From NCBI GenBank assembly GCA_002269645.1, contig NIVC01003302.1, positions 1-64,000 of the forward strand: 64,000 nucleotides of DNA. Direction: 5' to 3'. Source of the DNA: Macrostomum lignano. Lineage: Eukaryota. Positions 22,585-34,900 of this stretch are shown here, piece after piece (the stretch's first letter is position 1; the number at the start of each line of letters is the position of its first letter). Below the pieces are notes generated by a model. That model was not told the DNA's origin. It did no database searches and was given only the letters and a program-made list of their open reading frames with translations. A program made the translations under genes and the position numbers.

Positions 22585-25575
22585 TCAGACGCGCAGAAGA
22601 TAGCCGGACTTCTTTCTGAAATGCGGGGGGCAAATGAGGATGAAGGAGTTTTTGTCGCTGCCTGCAGGCGTTGAGGGCGGCTGTCAACAACTCACCGCAT
22701 TAGCAGCGACTTCTGAGGAGTTGCTGACTGCTGCTGCTGCTGCTGCTGCTGTCTGCCGCGGTGCTGCGCGGGCTCTTGGGCGGAGCGCTGCGGGGAGGCC
22801 GGCTGGCTGAGGGCCGGCAGGCTGGCACTGCGGGGCAGCCGCTCCCGGCGGGCCGCCGCCTGCTGCTGGTGGGAGAAGCTGGCGCCGTGCCTCACCTGCA
22901 TGGCGGATGTCATGGCGGAAAGCTCTGACTTCAGTGCCCTTAGTACTGACTTCAGTGCCCTTAGTACTGACTTCAGTGTTCTTAGTACAGATTCCAGTGC
23001 CCTTAGTACTGACTTCAGTGTCCTTAGTACTGATTTCAGTGCCCTTAGTACTGACTTCAGTGTCCTTAGTACTGATTTCAGTGCCCTTAGTACTGACTTC
23101 AGTGTCCTTAGTACTGATTTCAGTGCCCTTAGTACTGACTTCAGTGACCTTAGTACTGATTTCAGTGCCCTTAGTGCCCTTAGTACTGACTTCAGTGTCC
23201 TTAGTACTGACTTCAGTGCCATTAGTACTGACTTCAGTGCCCTTAGTACTGACTTCAGTGCCCTTAGTACTGACTTCAGTGTCCTTAGTACTGATTTCAG
23301 TGCCCTTAGTACTGACTTCAGTGACCTTAGTACTGATTTCAGTGCCCTTAGTGCCCTTAGTACTGACTTCAGTGTCCTTAGTACTGATTTCAGTGCCCTT
23401 AGTACTGACTTCAGTGCCCTTAGTACTGACTTCAGTGCCCTTAGTACTGACTTCAGTGCCCTTAGTACTGACTTCAGTGCCCTTAGTACTGACTTCAGTG
23501 TTCTTAGTACAGATTCCAGTGCCCTTAGTACAGATTCCAGTGCCCTTAGTACAGATTCCAGTGCCCTTAGTACTGACTTCAGTGCCCTTAGTACAGATTC
23601 CAGTGCCCTTAGTACTGACTTCAGTGCCCTTAGTACTGACTTCAGTGTCCTTAGTACTGACTTAGTACTGACTGACTAGTGTTCTTAGTACAGATTCCAG
23701 TGCCCTTACTAATTGTTCATAGGCCCAGAATGCCATTGATATCATGGGGGTTTCGCTCTGTTTTTATCCAATTACGGTTTCAATTGATTTGCATCAGTTT
23801 CTGCTCCTCATACATGCAATGTCATTAAAATTTCTTTATCAGACCCAGGACACCCTGTCTGGTGCAGTCAAGCCGCCTGCTCATTGCTATCAGCCCCAGG
23901 ACCGGCCACCAGAGCAGAGCTCAGTGTAGCCGCTTTGAGCTTATCAATCATGAGCAGTGAAGCTCATTCACAGATCGTAAAACACGATTCTTATTCTGGT
24001 AGCTGTGAGCCCATTCAAACTGGCCAGGCTGGTTCTTTTTGACAGATTTTAGTCCTAAAACGTGCTGACGCCCCCCCCCCTGCTCTGAAACTTTACTCAC
24101 CAGCTTAGAGAATTTCTCCAGCTCGCTGCGCATCTCCTCAAACGGCTGGCTGCTGGGGAAGACTGTCAGGCCCTGGAGTACGGGAGGAGGGGAGGGGGGC
24201 GAAATGACAGAGCGTGCGTGCGCCAAGCAGAACTTGAAATCTTGCAAATTGAAGCTCAGACGGCACCTTCCACGGCAGCGGCTCGAAGCTGTGCGGATTC
24301 TTGCCGATGGCCATGCCGATCTTCACCTGCTTCAGCTTGTGCCAGTGCCGCTGGTAGGCCGCCTTGTACTCCATGATGAGTTCCGTTAGAGTCTGCTGGG
24401 GTTTGCAGGGGACTGCTGGGTTGCCTGCATTACTACTGCAGTATCGCTTGCATTAGAAATGTTCGAGTACACCAACCAAAGTTACCTTAAAGGTCAGTGG
24501 TTTGTACATCAGATCGTCTCGCCGGCTGATCCCAAGAGCTCCGAACATCCCCTTGCTGTACAGGCCCAGCACGACGTGCCGGTGCACGTGACCGTTGAAG
24601 GCCGACTTGAATCCGATTGCGAAGCGGGTGAGGTCCTCGATCTTGTTGGTCAGGTAGCTGGGGGTTGGAATCAGGTTGTCGCGAGGGTCTCGCAATTCGA
24701 AGAAACTCGTAGAATTCAGAGATTGCTATTGCGATAACACTGAAGCAATTAGATGTAAACCGGATCAGCACTTACATTCCGAGGACAACGGCCTCCAGGC
24801 ATTTTATTGGCAGAGATTCTTTTATCATCTGTTTGGCATCTTCCATGAGACTGCAATATGAGATGAAGGCTCGGCTTTTGATGATTTTCGTAACAGCAAT
24901 TCTTTAATAATGTTTTTCTGATCTTACCCAGTAAAAGAGCGGTACTTTTTTATTTCGAAAAATTGCGTGCCAGTATGATTGTATCTAAAATGATTGCGAA
25001 CGATAGATAGGGAGGATAAAAAATTATTGACTCTTCAGGGACCTTTTTGTTTGAAACTCTGCTCAAAATAGTTTTAAGGCAAAGATCTTGTTCCAGTGTA
25101 TGCAGCAAAAGGCCAAATATACCATTCACTTACTGCAGCTCAGCAAAGTATTTTTGAACGGCCAGTATTTTTGACGATGTCGTCGAACCAATCGGAAATG
25201 TGAGTGGTGGCACTGGGATTTTTGGCTGAAAAATAGGGAAAAGATTCGTGTATGTGATTTAACTCAAAATTTGTCAGAAAGCGATGAGAATAGCCTTTGG
25301 CTATTTACAGAGGAAAACAGATAACAGGAGTTTTCAAGAGTCTTTTATTTTAAGAACCGTAGAGTGGATAGCATATGCATGCATTTCAAATATATTCATT
25401 AGTATACCTCAGCCAAATCGTTTGCTGGAGTCGCTCTTATACTTCGAATCTTTTCTTTAGCTTTGGGTTGCTGATACTCAGCAAATTTCCACATATTGCT
25501 CCAGGTGCCATCATGAATTGGAAATCCGTTTTTGTTTGTTAGAAACAACGTTGTTTCATCAAAATCGGCATTCAT
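22585..25575 (-). CDS. VASH: Vasohibin (tubulin tyrosine carboxypeptidase), ~330 aa, 9 exons
   Basis: Exons 25575-25408, 25225-25134, 24984-24928, 24850-24776, 24657-24486, 24392-24267, 24172-24101, 22895-22696, 22615-22585, all GT-AG with consistent phases. Motifs QYNHTGTQFFEIKK, LPIKCLEA (catalytic Cys), HRHVVLG (His), GALGISRRDDLMYKP and C-terminal GYLLRV* match the vasohibin family. Confidence 0.93.
22925..23706. repeat. 21-mer minisatellite AGTACTGACTTCAGTGCCCTT in vasohibin intron 7
   Basis: Tandem units visible; source of the spurious STDFSAL ORF. Confidence 0.95.
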
Positions 25576-25931
25576 ATCGTCATTTGGATCGTCTAAATCA
25601 CGCTTTACGACCTCATGAAATTTTCACTAAAAATAGATGGTAGTTTCACAAACTGAATTTACCAGAGACGCACACAATAAAATTTAGAAATAAAAGCTTT
25701 TAAGTTAAGAAAGTTTAAACATAAAATTTTAGTATTATTTTTAAATTTAAAATGCTGGATACCACAAATAACTAACTATTGTAGTGAATTTGTTTTACTG
25801 CTTTTTATTAACATCCACAATTATATTTGAATGAAAAAGTTCAGTCGATTTTAATCTTCCTGAATCCATTATCTAAACTGCATCTCGGATATTTGGTTCA
25901 GTTCGGCATACTTAGTTTGTCATCTTTAAGT
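25576..25931. promoter_or_regulatory. AT-rich divergent intergenic region between the vasohibin and alpha-actinin start codons (356 bp)
   Basis: Head-to-head ATGs at 25575 (-) and 25932 (+). Each has an AG acceptor-like site upstream (TTTTTAG, CTTTAAG), so the true TSSs could lie elsewhere if the genes are trans-spliced. Confidence 0.55.
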
Positions 25932-28900
25932 ATGGCTAATTCAGGGCAGTATTATAACAGCAACAATGGCTCAGCGTACAATAATGGTCCTGGGTACTAT
26001 GATGGCGAAGAAGAAGAAGAGGAAGAATGGAACAGGGAAGACTTTCTGGACCCTGCGTGGGAGATCCAACAGAAAAAGGTACTTTTCGCTTTTAAATGTT
26101 TATTCAATGCAACATGGTCATGAGCTCTTGAACTAATCGCAGGTGTATAGTTTTTATTGTCTAATTGCTGCTAAAAACTGTTATTTTAAATTTCAAAAAA
26201 TTCAATTTAGATATTTTAAGCCTTACTATAAAAATCTGACTTAAAAATCTAGGCCAGCCGCCAGCGCAGCTTTCAGTGCTACAATTTTCCTACTAAATTT
26301 GAAAGAAGGTTGTTTCTTTTGTGATAAAAAATCAAGACTATTGATATCACTAGTCTATAATTAATTATCAAATTAGACTTGGTAGTTTATTGGCCTTTGG
26401 CTTTTGTTGCATATTATCCTTTGACTACAGAAATGACCAACTTAGTCATATGATTTAAATTTTTGTGCTTAGGGTAATAAACTCTAATATATAGAAAACT
26501 AACTTAGTAGTTAAAGCTAAAATATTTTCTATTTATTTAGATTTGTAATTTGCACTATCCCATCTTCATCTTTTCTCATTGTTAATGTATTTATATATAG
26601 TAAGTATGTTTTTATCACTTATCTTAAATCTTAATGTAACAATGATATGCATATGTACTAAACATTTAATATTCCATTATGCTAGTGAATGTACAACTTT
26701 GCTTTAAACTCAAGGATGAAATTATTATAAAAATAAAATAGCAATAAAGATTTTTAAAGATGATGATCCTTTTTATAATAATAAATAATTTTATTTTGCT
26801 CTTAAAAATTTAATACTAAGCTATGTATCTTATTCAATCTTTAATTAATCTATGATTGAAAAATATTTTTGAATTTTTTCATATAGCTCATATTCCTTTT
26901 GTTTAGTTACTTCTTGTATAAGATTAATGATAGTCTTGTATATAATCTGATTTTAAAATGTATCAATATTTAATCTTCAATATCTATATATATTTAACCA
27001 TCCAATATAGCTTGTAATTTCAATATCAAAGATTTTGTCTTCCATTACAAACCTTCCATTAATGTTGAACAAACTGTTTTGCACATGCACAGACATTCAC
27101 AGCCTGGATCAATTCCTTCCTGCGCAAAGCTGACACATCCATCGAGGACATCACCCAGGACCTGTGCTCCGGCTTGAAGCTCATGCTGCTGCTGGAGGTG
27201 ATTTCGAGCGAGGCTTTGCCCAAGCCAGAGCGGGGCCGGATGCGCTTTCACAAGATTAACAATGTTAACAAGGCGCTGGAGTTCATCGAGCGCAAGGGCG
27301 TGCAGCTCGTGTCCATTGGCGCCGAGGGTGAGTGGCGCTTTGGTGGGGAGGTTTGGAGTTTTTGGCGCCTCTGGATGAGAGTGCCTGGCGCCTCTGGGTG
27401 AGAGTGCCTGGCGTCTCTTGATACGAGTATCTGGCGCCTCTGGATGAGTGTCTGTCGTCTCTGCATACGAGTATCTGGCGCCTCTAAATGAGTGTCTGGC
27501 GCCCCTGGGTACGAGTATCTGGCGCTTGTGGGTGAGTGTCTGGCGCCTCTTGATGAAAGTATCTCGCGCCTCTGGGTGAGTGTGTCTGGCGCCTCTGTAA
27601 AAGAGAGTCTGGTGCCTCTTGATACGAGTATTTGGTGCCTCTAGATACGAGTGTCGGGTGCCTCTGGGTGAGCGTCTGGCGCCTCTTGATGAAAGTATCT
27701 CGCGCCTCTGGGTGAGTGTCTGGCGCCTCTTGATGAAAGTATCTCGCGCCTCTGGGTGAGTGTGTCTGGCGCCTCTGTAAAAGAGAGTCTGGTGCCTCTA
27801 GATACGAGTATTTGGCGCCTCTAGATACAAGTGTCTGGCGCCTCTAGATACGTGTCTGGCGCCTCTGGGTGGGTGTCTGGCGCTTCTGTAAAAGAGAGTC
27901 TGGTGCCTCTAGATACGAGTATTTGGCGCCTCTAGATACGAGTGTCTGGCGCTTCTGTAAAAGAGAGTCTGGTGCCTCTAGATACGAGTATTTGGCGCCT
28001 CTAGATACGAGTGTCTGGCGCTTCTGTAAAAGAGATTCTGGTGCCTCTAGATACGAGTGTCTGGCGCCTCTAGATACGAGTGCCTGGCGCCTCTAGATAC
28101 GAGTGTCTGGCGCCTCTGGATACGAGTATTTGGCGCCTCTAGATACGAGTGTCTGGCGCCTCTAGATACGAGTGTCTGGCGCCGTGGAGAATCTGGTCCC
28201 TCTAGAAGGCTCGCGGTCATTTATCTCGTGGCTTAAAACTGGAATTTCAGAAATCGTTGACGGCAACGTGAAGATGACGCTGGGCATGATCTGGACGATC
28301 ATCCTCCGCTTCGCCATCCAGGACATCACCGTTGAAGGTAAGTCAGAATTTTACTGGTTGTCAATATTAGTGCAGTTGTACTTTAAACCACGCCGCCAAA
28401 CGCAGAGATGACCGCCAAGGAGGGCCTCCTGCTGTGGTGCCAGCGCAAGACCGCTCCCTACAAGAACGTGAACGTGCAGAACTTTCACATGAGGTGAGCT
28501 GGCTGGGCAAGGGGCGCTCTGTGCTAAATTGGGATTAGGGGATCTGGGAGAGCTCAGCATCAATTTCGGAATCCCAACGCGCTCCGTCCACCTGTTGCGC
28601 AACTCGATCGCAGCTGGAAGGACGGCCTGGCCTTCTGCGCGCTCATCCACCGGCACAGGCCGGAGCTGCTCGACTATTCGAAGCTCTCAAGGGTCAGTCA
28701 GTGCGCTCGCCTGCAGGGCATGCCGACTGACCTCTGCTGTTCAATGCATTGTCGCTTGCCTTCTCACCGCATGAGCTGCTTGCTGACGTTGCTGTTCTGT
28801 CACCTGACTGATTCTGCTGCAATCCTGCTGGGTGGGGTGGTGCAGTGTCTAGACAGGGATTACAGTGTCTGTAGATTGGGATTACAGTGTCTGTAGATAG

Positions 28901-31900
28901 AGACTGCAGTGTGTGTAGATAGGGATTACAGTGTCTGTAGATAAGGATTAATTAAAGTGCCTGTAGATAGGTATTGCACTGTCTGTAGATATGGATTACA
29001 CTGTCTGTAGATAAGGGTTACAGTGTCTGTAGACAGGGATTACAGTGTCTGTAGACAGGGATTACAGTGTCTGTAGATAGGGATTACAGTGTCTGTAGAT
29101 AGAGATTACAGTGTCTGTAGATAGGGATTACAGTGTCTGTAGATAGAGACTGCAGTGTGTGTAGATAGGGATTACAGTGTCTGTAGATAAGGATTAATTA
29201 AAGTGCCTGTAGATAGGTATTGCACTGTCTGTAGATATGGATTACACTGTCTGTAGATAAAGATTACAGTGTCTGTAGTTAGGGATTACAGTGTCTGTAG
29301 GTAGGGATTACAGTGTCTGTAGGTAGGGATTACAGTGTCTGTAGATAGGGATTACAGTGTCTGTAGATAGAGATTACAGTGTCTGTAGATAGAGATTACA
29401 GTGTCTGCAGATAGAGATTACAGTGTCTAGATAGAGACTGCAGTGTGTGTAGATAGAGACTGCAGTGTGTGTAGATAGGGATTACAGTGTCTGTAGATAG
29501 AGACTGCAGTGTGTGTAGATAGAGACTGCAGTGTGTGTAGATAGGGATTACAGTGTCTGTAGATAGAGACTGCAGTGTGTGTAGATAGAGACTGCAGTGT
29601 GTGTAGATAGGGATTACAGTGTCTGTAGATAGAGATTACAGTGTCTGTAGATAGAGATTACCGTGTCTGCAGATAGAGATTACAGTGTCTGCAGATAGAG
29701 ATTACAGTGTCTGTAGATAGAGACTGCAGTGTCTGTAGATAGAGACTGCAGTGTGTGTAGATAGGGATTACAGTGTCTGTAGATAAGGATTAATTAAAGT
29801 GCCTGTAGATAGGTATTGCACTGTCTGTAGATATGGATTACACTGTCTGTAGATAAGGATTACAGTGTCTGTAGACAGGGATTACAGTGTCTGTAGATAG
29901 GGATTGCAGCAGATTTCGGGCATTCCTGTTGTTCAGCTACTCACATTTGCCTCCCAGCACCGCATGCCGTTCCGAACCCCCTGCAGCTGCCGGGACCCCC
30001 TTTTCTACTCTTGCAGCTTTCAGGACGGCCTGGCATTCTGTGCGCTGATCCACAGGCACAGGCCGGAGCTCATCGACTATGACAAGCTGAGCAAAGTGAG
30101 TTGCCTGCCTGCCACCTCCCTGCCTGTACTCATGCCTGCTGTCTGGTGTTTCTACTAACCACTTTTATAGCAGCCATAAAATTCTCAAGCGGGCTGCCTT
30201 GAATGAGTGCAAAGCAGTTTTATTGCTTTATATTAGCCAGCCTCAAATGCTCGCCGACGCTGTAAAAACTGCAGGACAACCCGCTGGAAAACCTGAACCT
30301 CGCTTTCGATGTGGCCGAGAAGCACCTGGACATTCCCAGGATGTTAGATCCCGAAGGTGAGCGCTGGGATCTGAGTGCAGCCCATAATGTCCTCTCATCT
30401 ATACATAGGATTTCTATGCTTCCAATCTTGTCTGTACAGTGGCATCACACCTGTACACTGGCATCACACCTGTACACTGGCATCACACCTGTACACTGGC
30501 ATCACACCTGTACACTGGCATCACACCTGTACACAGGCATCACACCTGTACACTGGCATCACACCTGTACACTGGCATCACACCTGTACACTGGCATCAC
30601 ACCTGTACACTGGCATCACACCTGTACACTGGCATCACACCTGTACACAGGCATCACACCTGTACACTGGCATCACACCTGTACACTGGCATCACGCCCC
30701 GCAGACATGGTGAACAACGTGAAGCCGGACGAGCGGTCCGTGATGACCTACGTGTCCGCCTACTACCACGCCTTCTCGGGCGCCCAGAAGGCGGAGACCG
30801 CCGCCAACCGGATCTGCAAGGTGCTCCGCGTCAACCAGGAGAACGAGAAGCTCATGGACCTCTACGAGCGCCTGGCCAGCGACCTGCTAGCCTGGATCAA
30901 GCGGACCCGCCCGATCCTGGAGGACCGCAGCACCGACAACACCCTGGACGGCGTTCGCGACCGCCTCAACCAGTTTCGAGACTATCGCCGGGCTGAGAAG
31001 CCGCCCAAGCTGGAGGAGAAGGCCCTGCTGGAGACCACCTTCAACACCTTGCAGACTCGACTGCGCCTCAGCAACCGGCCCGCCTACCTGCCCACCGAGG
31101 GCAAGCTGGTCTCCGACATCGCCAACGCCTGGAAGGGGCTGGAGAAGGCCGAGAAAGGATTCGAGGAGTGGATGCTGGCGGAGATGCAGCGGCTGCACAG
31201 GTGAGATTGGGGTGGCGGGTGTTGCACAGGTGAGATTGGGGTGGTGGGTGTTGCACAGGTGAGATTGAGGTGGTGGGTGTTGCACAGGTGAGATTGGGGT
31301 GGCGGGTGTTGCACAGATGAGATTGGGGTGGCGGGTGTTGCACAGGTGATATTGGGTGGTGGTTGTTGCACAGGTGAGATTGGGTGGCGGGTGTTGCACA
31401 GGTGAGATTGGGGTGGCGGGTGTTGCACAGGTGAGAATGGGTGGCGGGTGTTGCACAGGTGAGATTGAGGTGGTGGTGTTGCACAGGTGAGATTGAGGTG
31501 GTGGGTGTTGCACAGGTGAGATTGAGGTGGTGGTGTTGCACAGGTGAGATTGAGGTGGTGGGTGTTGCACAGGTGAGATTGAGGTGGTGGGTGTTGCACA
31601 GGTGATATTGGGGTGGTGGTTGTTGCACAGGTGAGAATGGGGTGGCGGGTGTTGCACAGGTGAGATTGGGGTGGTGGGTGTTGCACAGGTGAGAATGGGT
31701 GGCGGGTGTTGCACAGGTGAGATTGGGGTGGTGGGTGTTGCACAGGTGATATTGGGGTGGTGGGTGTTGCACAGGTGATATTGGGGTGGTGGGTGTTGCA
31801 CAGGTGATATTGGGGTGGTGGGTGTTGCACAGGTGAGAATGGGATGGTGGGTGTTGCACAGGTGAGAATGGGGTGGCGGGTGTTGCACAGGTGAGATTGG

Positions 31901-34900
31901 GGCGGTGGCTGTTGCACAGTTGAGAATATCCTCAATGCAGTAAGCATAGCTCCTGACTCACCCGTTCGCAGGCTGGAGAATCTGTACAAGAAGTTCGTGC
32001 TGAAGTGCGGCAACCACGAGGCCTGGATGGAGGGCAAGGAGGCGCAGCAGCAGTCGCAGGACTTTAAATCGTGCAAGCTGAACGACCTCAAAGCCATGAT
32101 GAACAAGCAGGTGGCTTTCGAGGCCGACCTCGGCGCTCACCAGGAGCGGGTGGAGCAGATCTGCAAGATTGCCGAGGACCTGAACAGCCTGGGCTACCAT
32201 GACCTGGACTCCGTGAACTCTCGCTGCCAGGCCATCTGCGGAGCCTGGGACCGCCTGGGAGTCCTCAGCACCACCAGGTGAGGCCAGCTGGATTCATTCA
32301 GGAGGGCAACGGAGGTCAGGAGGGCAACGGAGGTCAGGAGGGCAGCGGAGGTCAGGGGGCAGCGGAGGTCAGGGGGCAGCGGAGGTCAGGAGGGCAGCGG
32401 AGGTCAGGGGGCAGCGGAGGTCAGGAGGGCAGCGGAGGTCAGGAGGGTAGCGGAGGTCAGGAGGGTAGCGGAGGTCAGGAGGGCAGCGGAGGTCAAGAGG
32501 GCAGCGGAGTTCAGGAGGGTAGCGGAGGTCAGGAGGGTAGCGGAGGTCAGGAGGGTAGCGGAGGTCAGGAGGGCAGCGGAGGACCTGAAGTCGAGCCCGG
32601 TCCGCTGTCGCAGGTCGCGGGCCCTGCGCGAGGCGGAGCAGGTGCTGGAGTCGCTGGACCAGCTGCACCTGCAGTTCGCCAAGCGGGCGGCCCCGTTCAA
32701 CAACTGGCTGGACGGAGCGAACGAGGACCTGATGGACTTCTTCATCGTGTACTCGGTGCAGGAGGTGGACTCGCTGCAGGCCGCCCACTCGGAGTTCCGG
32801 GCCAGCCTGCCGGCTGCCGAGGCCGAGCACCGCGCCATCGCCCATATCGACGCCGAGGTGCGCGAGCTGGCCGCCGCCCACGGCCTTTCCGGCGACGCGC
32901 TGATCAACCCGTACACCGGACTGACTGCCAGGGTGAGCCGCGGGGCCGGGTGGGTCATGCTGGGTTGGGTCATGCAGGATCAATGGGTCATGCTAGGTTG
33001 GGTCATGCAGGATCAATGGGTCATGCTGGGTTGGGTCATGCAGGATCAATGGGTCATGCTAGGTTGGGTCATACAGGATCAATGGGTCATGCTAGTTGGG
33101 TCATTCAGTATCAAAGGGTCATGCTATTCGAAAAAGATTGGGTCATGCATATTTAATGGGTCATGCAAGTCACGACATTACGGAAGCAGAAGTGATTCAT
33201 GCGAGCTCCTATGAGTCATGTAATGCGAATTTTCACAAACCGGATAATTGAATTGCTTGTTTAGCTTAGCAAGCTGCAGGATTTCTGTATTCGAGTTTTA
33301 ACAGGCTGGGAACGGCACACGCCTGTGGTTGAGGACGGCCAGCCTGCGCCCCCCCCCCCGACTCCCGCCTGCTGACATCTTCCAAGCCTCCGCCTGTTGC
33401 ACCTTTGCGCCCGGCAATCAATCCAGGGAGCGGATGCCGGATGCGGCCGCTGCACTTTTGCTTGCAGCCTTCGGAGCCTCGAACTGCGGCTTTTGTGTCT
33501 GCGCCCCACCCTCCACTCTGCCATTTGGCAAGCGGGCGTTCAGTTCAGTTCTGTGTCTGTTACGGTGCAGCCCCTTGCTGCCGCTGCAATGCAGAATCCC
33601 CAGCCACCCCTGGCCGCATTTTTCCCCTTGCCATTTGCGAATTGCCCGCTCGGCCAGCCCCCCCCCTCCCCCCAGCCGCTTCAGTGCGAACGGCGGAGGC
33701 AGGGCGCGGGAAATCAATCCAGGGGGTGGGGATGGGGCCGCCCAGCCTCTACAGCCTGTCTGTGTGGTGCCTCCCCTCCCTCTGGCCGCTGCAGTGACCC
33801 CCAGCCAGTTTGAAGATTTCTTTGCGGCCAAAGCTCGGCATTTCTGCGGCTCGGCTGCGTACAGCGGATGGAGGCGGTTGAGGGGGTTCAGGGAGATCCT
33901 GAGCCAGGAGGCTGGACAAGGCAGACGGCAGGGCTTCAGTTTTTACAGAAGACTGCTGTAGCCTCGCAGTACAGCAGAGTTGGCACTCCAGACTCCTAGT
34001 TTCAAGGACTCCTTGGTTCACCTTGAAACCGGGCGTGACGGAGCCGCCACCGCCCCATCCCGTGAGGGTGTCTCCCGTCCAGGCCTTGTCGTGCCGGACC
34101 GCGGCGGGGTCTGGGGGCGCGAATGCAGACTGGCCTGCTTGAAATTCGATAACCCTGACTGAGAGCCAGCTGGACTGGGCGAGAGAGCAGAGCTGTGGGG
34201 GGGAGGGATCGTGGCGCAACGCCAATTACTGCGCTCTTGTTCTCTCCTGCTCATTTGTTTTAAATTGTAACAGCCTTTCCAGTTTTAACTTTAAAAGTAA
34301 GCAAAGAAAGTTTTAGCTTTTACTCCCAATCATGCTACTGCCAGTGGCGCAGTGCAGATATTGCTGTTATTTTCATCTATAACATTGTTTTCCCTTAGTT
34401 ATAAAACTAATTGGTCCCAGTCCCAAAACTACTCGTAATCGATCCCAGTCCCAAAACTAATAAATCCCAGTTCCAAAACTAATCGATCCCAGTCCCAAAA
34501 CTAATAAATCCCAGTCCCAAAACTAATCGATCCAAGACCCAAAAATAATCCATCCCAGTCCCAAAACTAATCGATCCAAGTCCCAAAACTAATCGATCCC
34601 AGTCCCAAAACTAATAAATCCCAGTCCTAAAACTAATCGATCCAGTCCCAACCTAGCACTCTGGACCCAGGCTATCAGCAATTCAGCGATGCCCTCATAC
34701 GCCGCCCACAGGAGCTGGCGATGAAGTGGGACGAAGTCTCCGCTCGGGTGCCCGCCGCGACCAGAGCCTGCAGCAGGAGGTGGCCGGCAGCACCAGAACG
34801 AGCGCCTGCGTCGGCAGTTCGCCGACCTGGCCAACGTGGCCGGGCCCTGGATCGAGCAGCGGCTGGACGGCGTGTCCAGCATCTGCTCCAGCGGCCGGCA

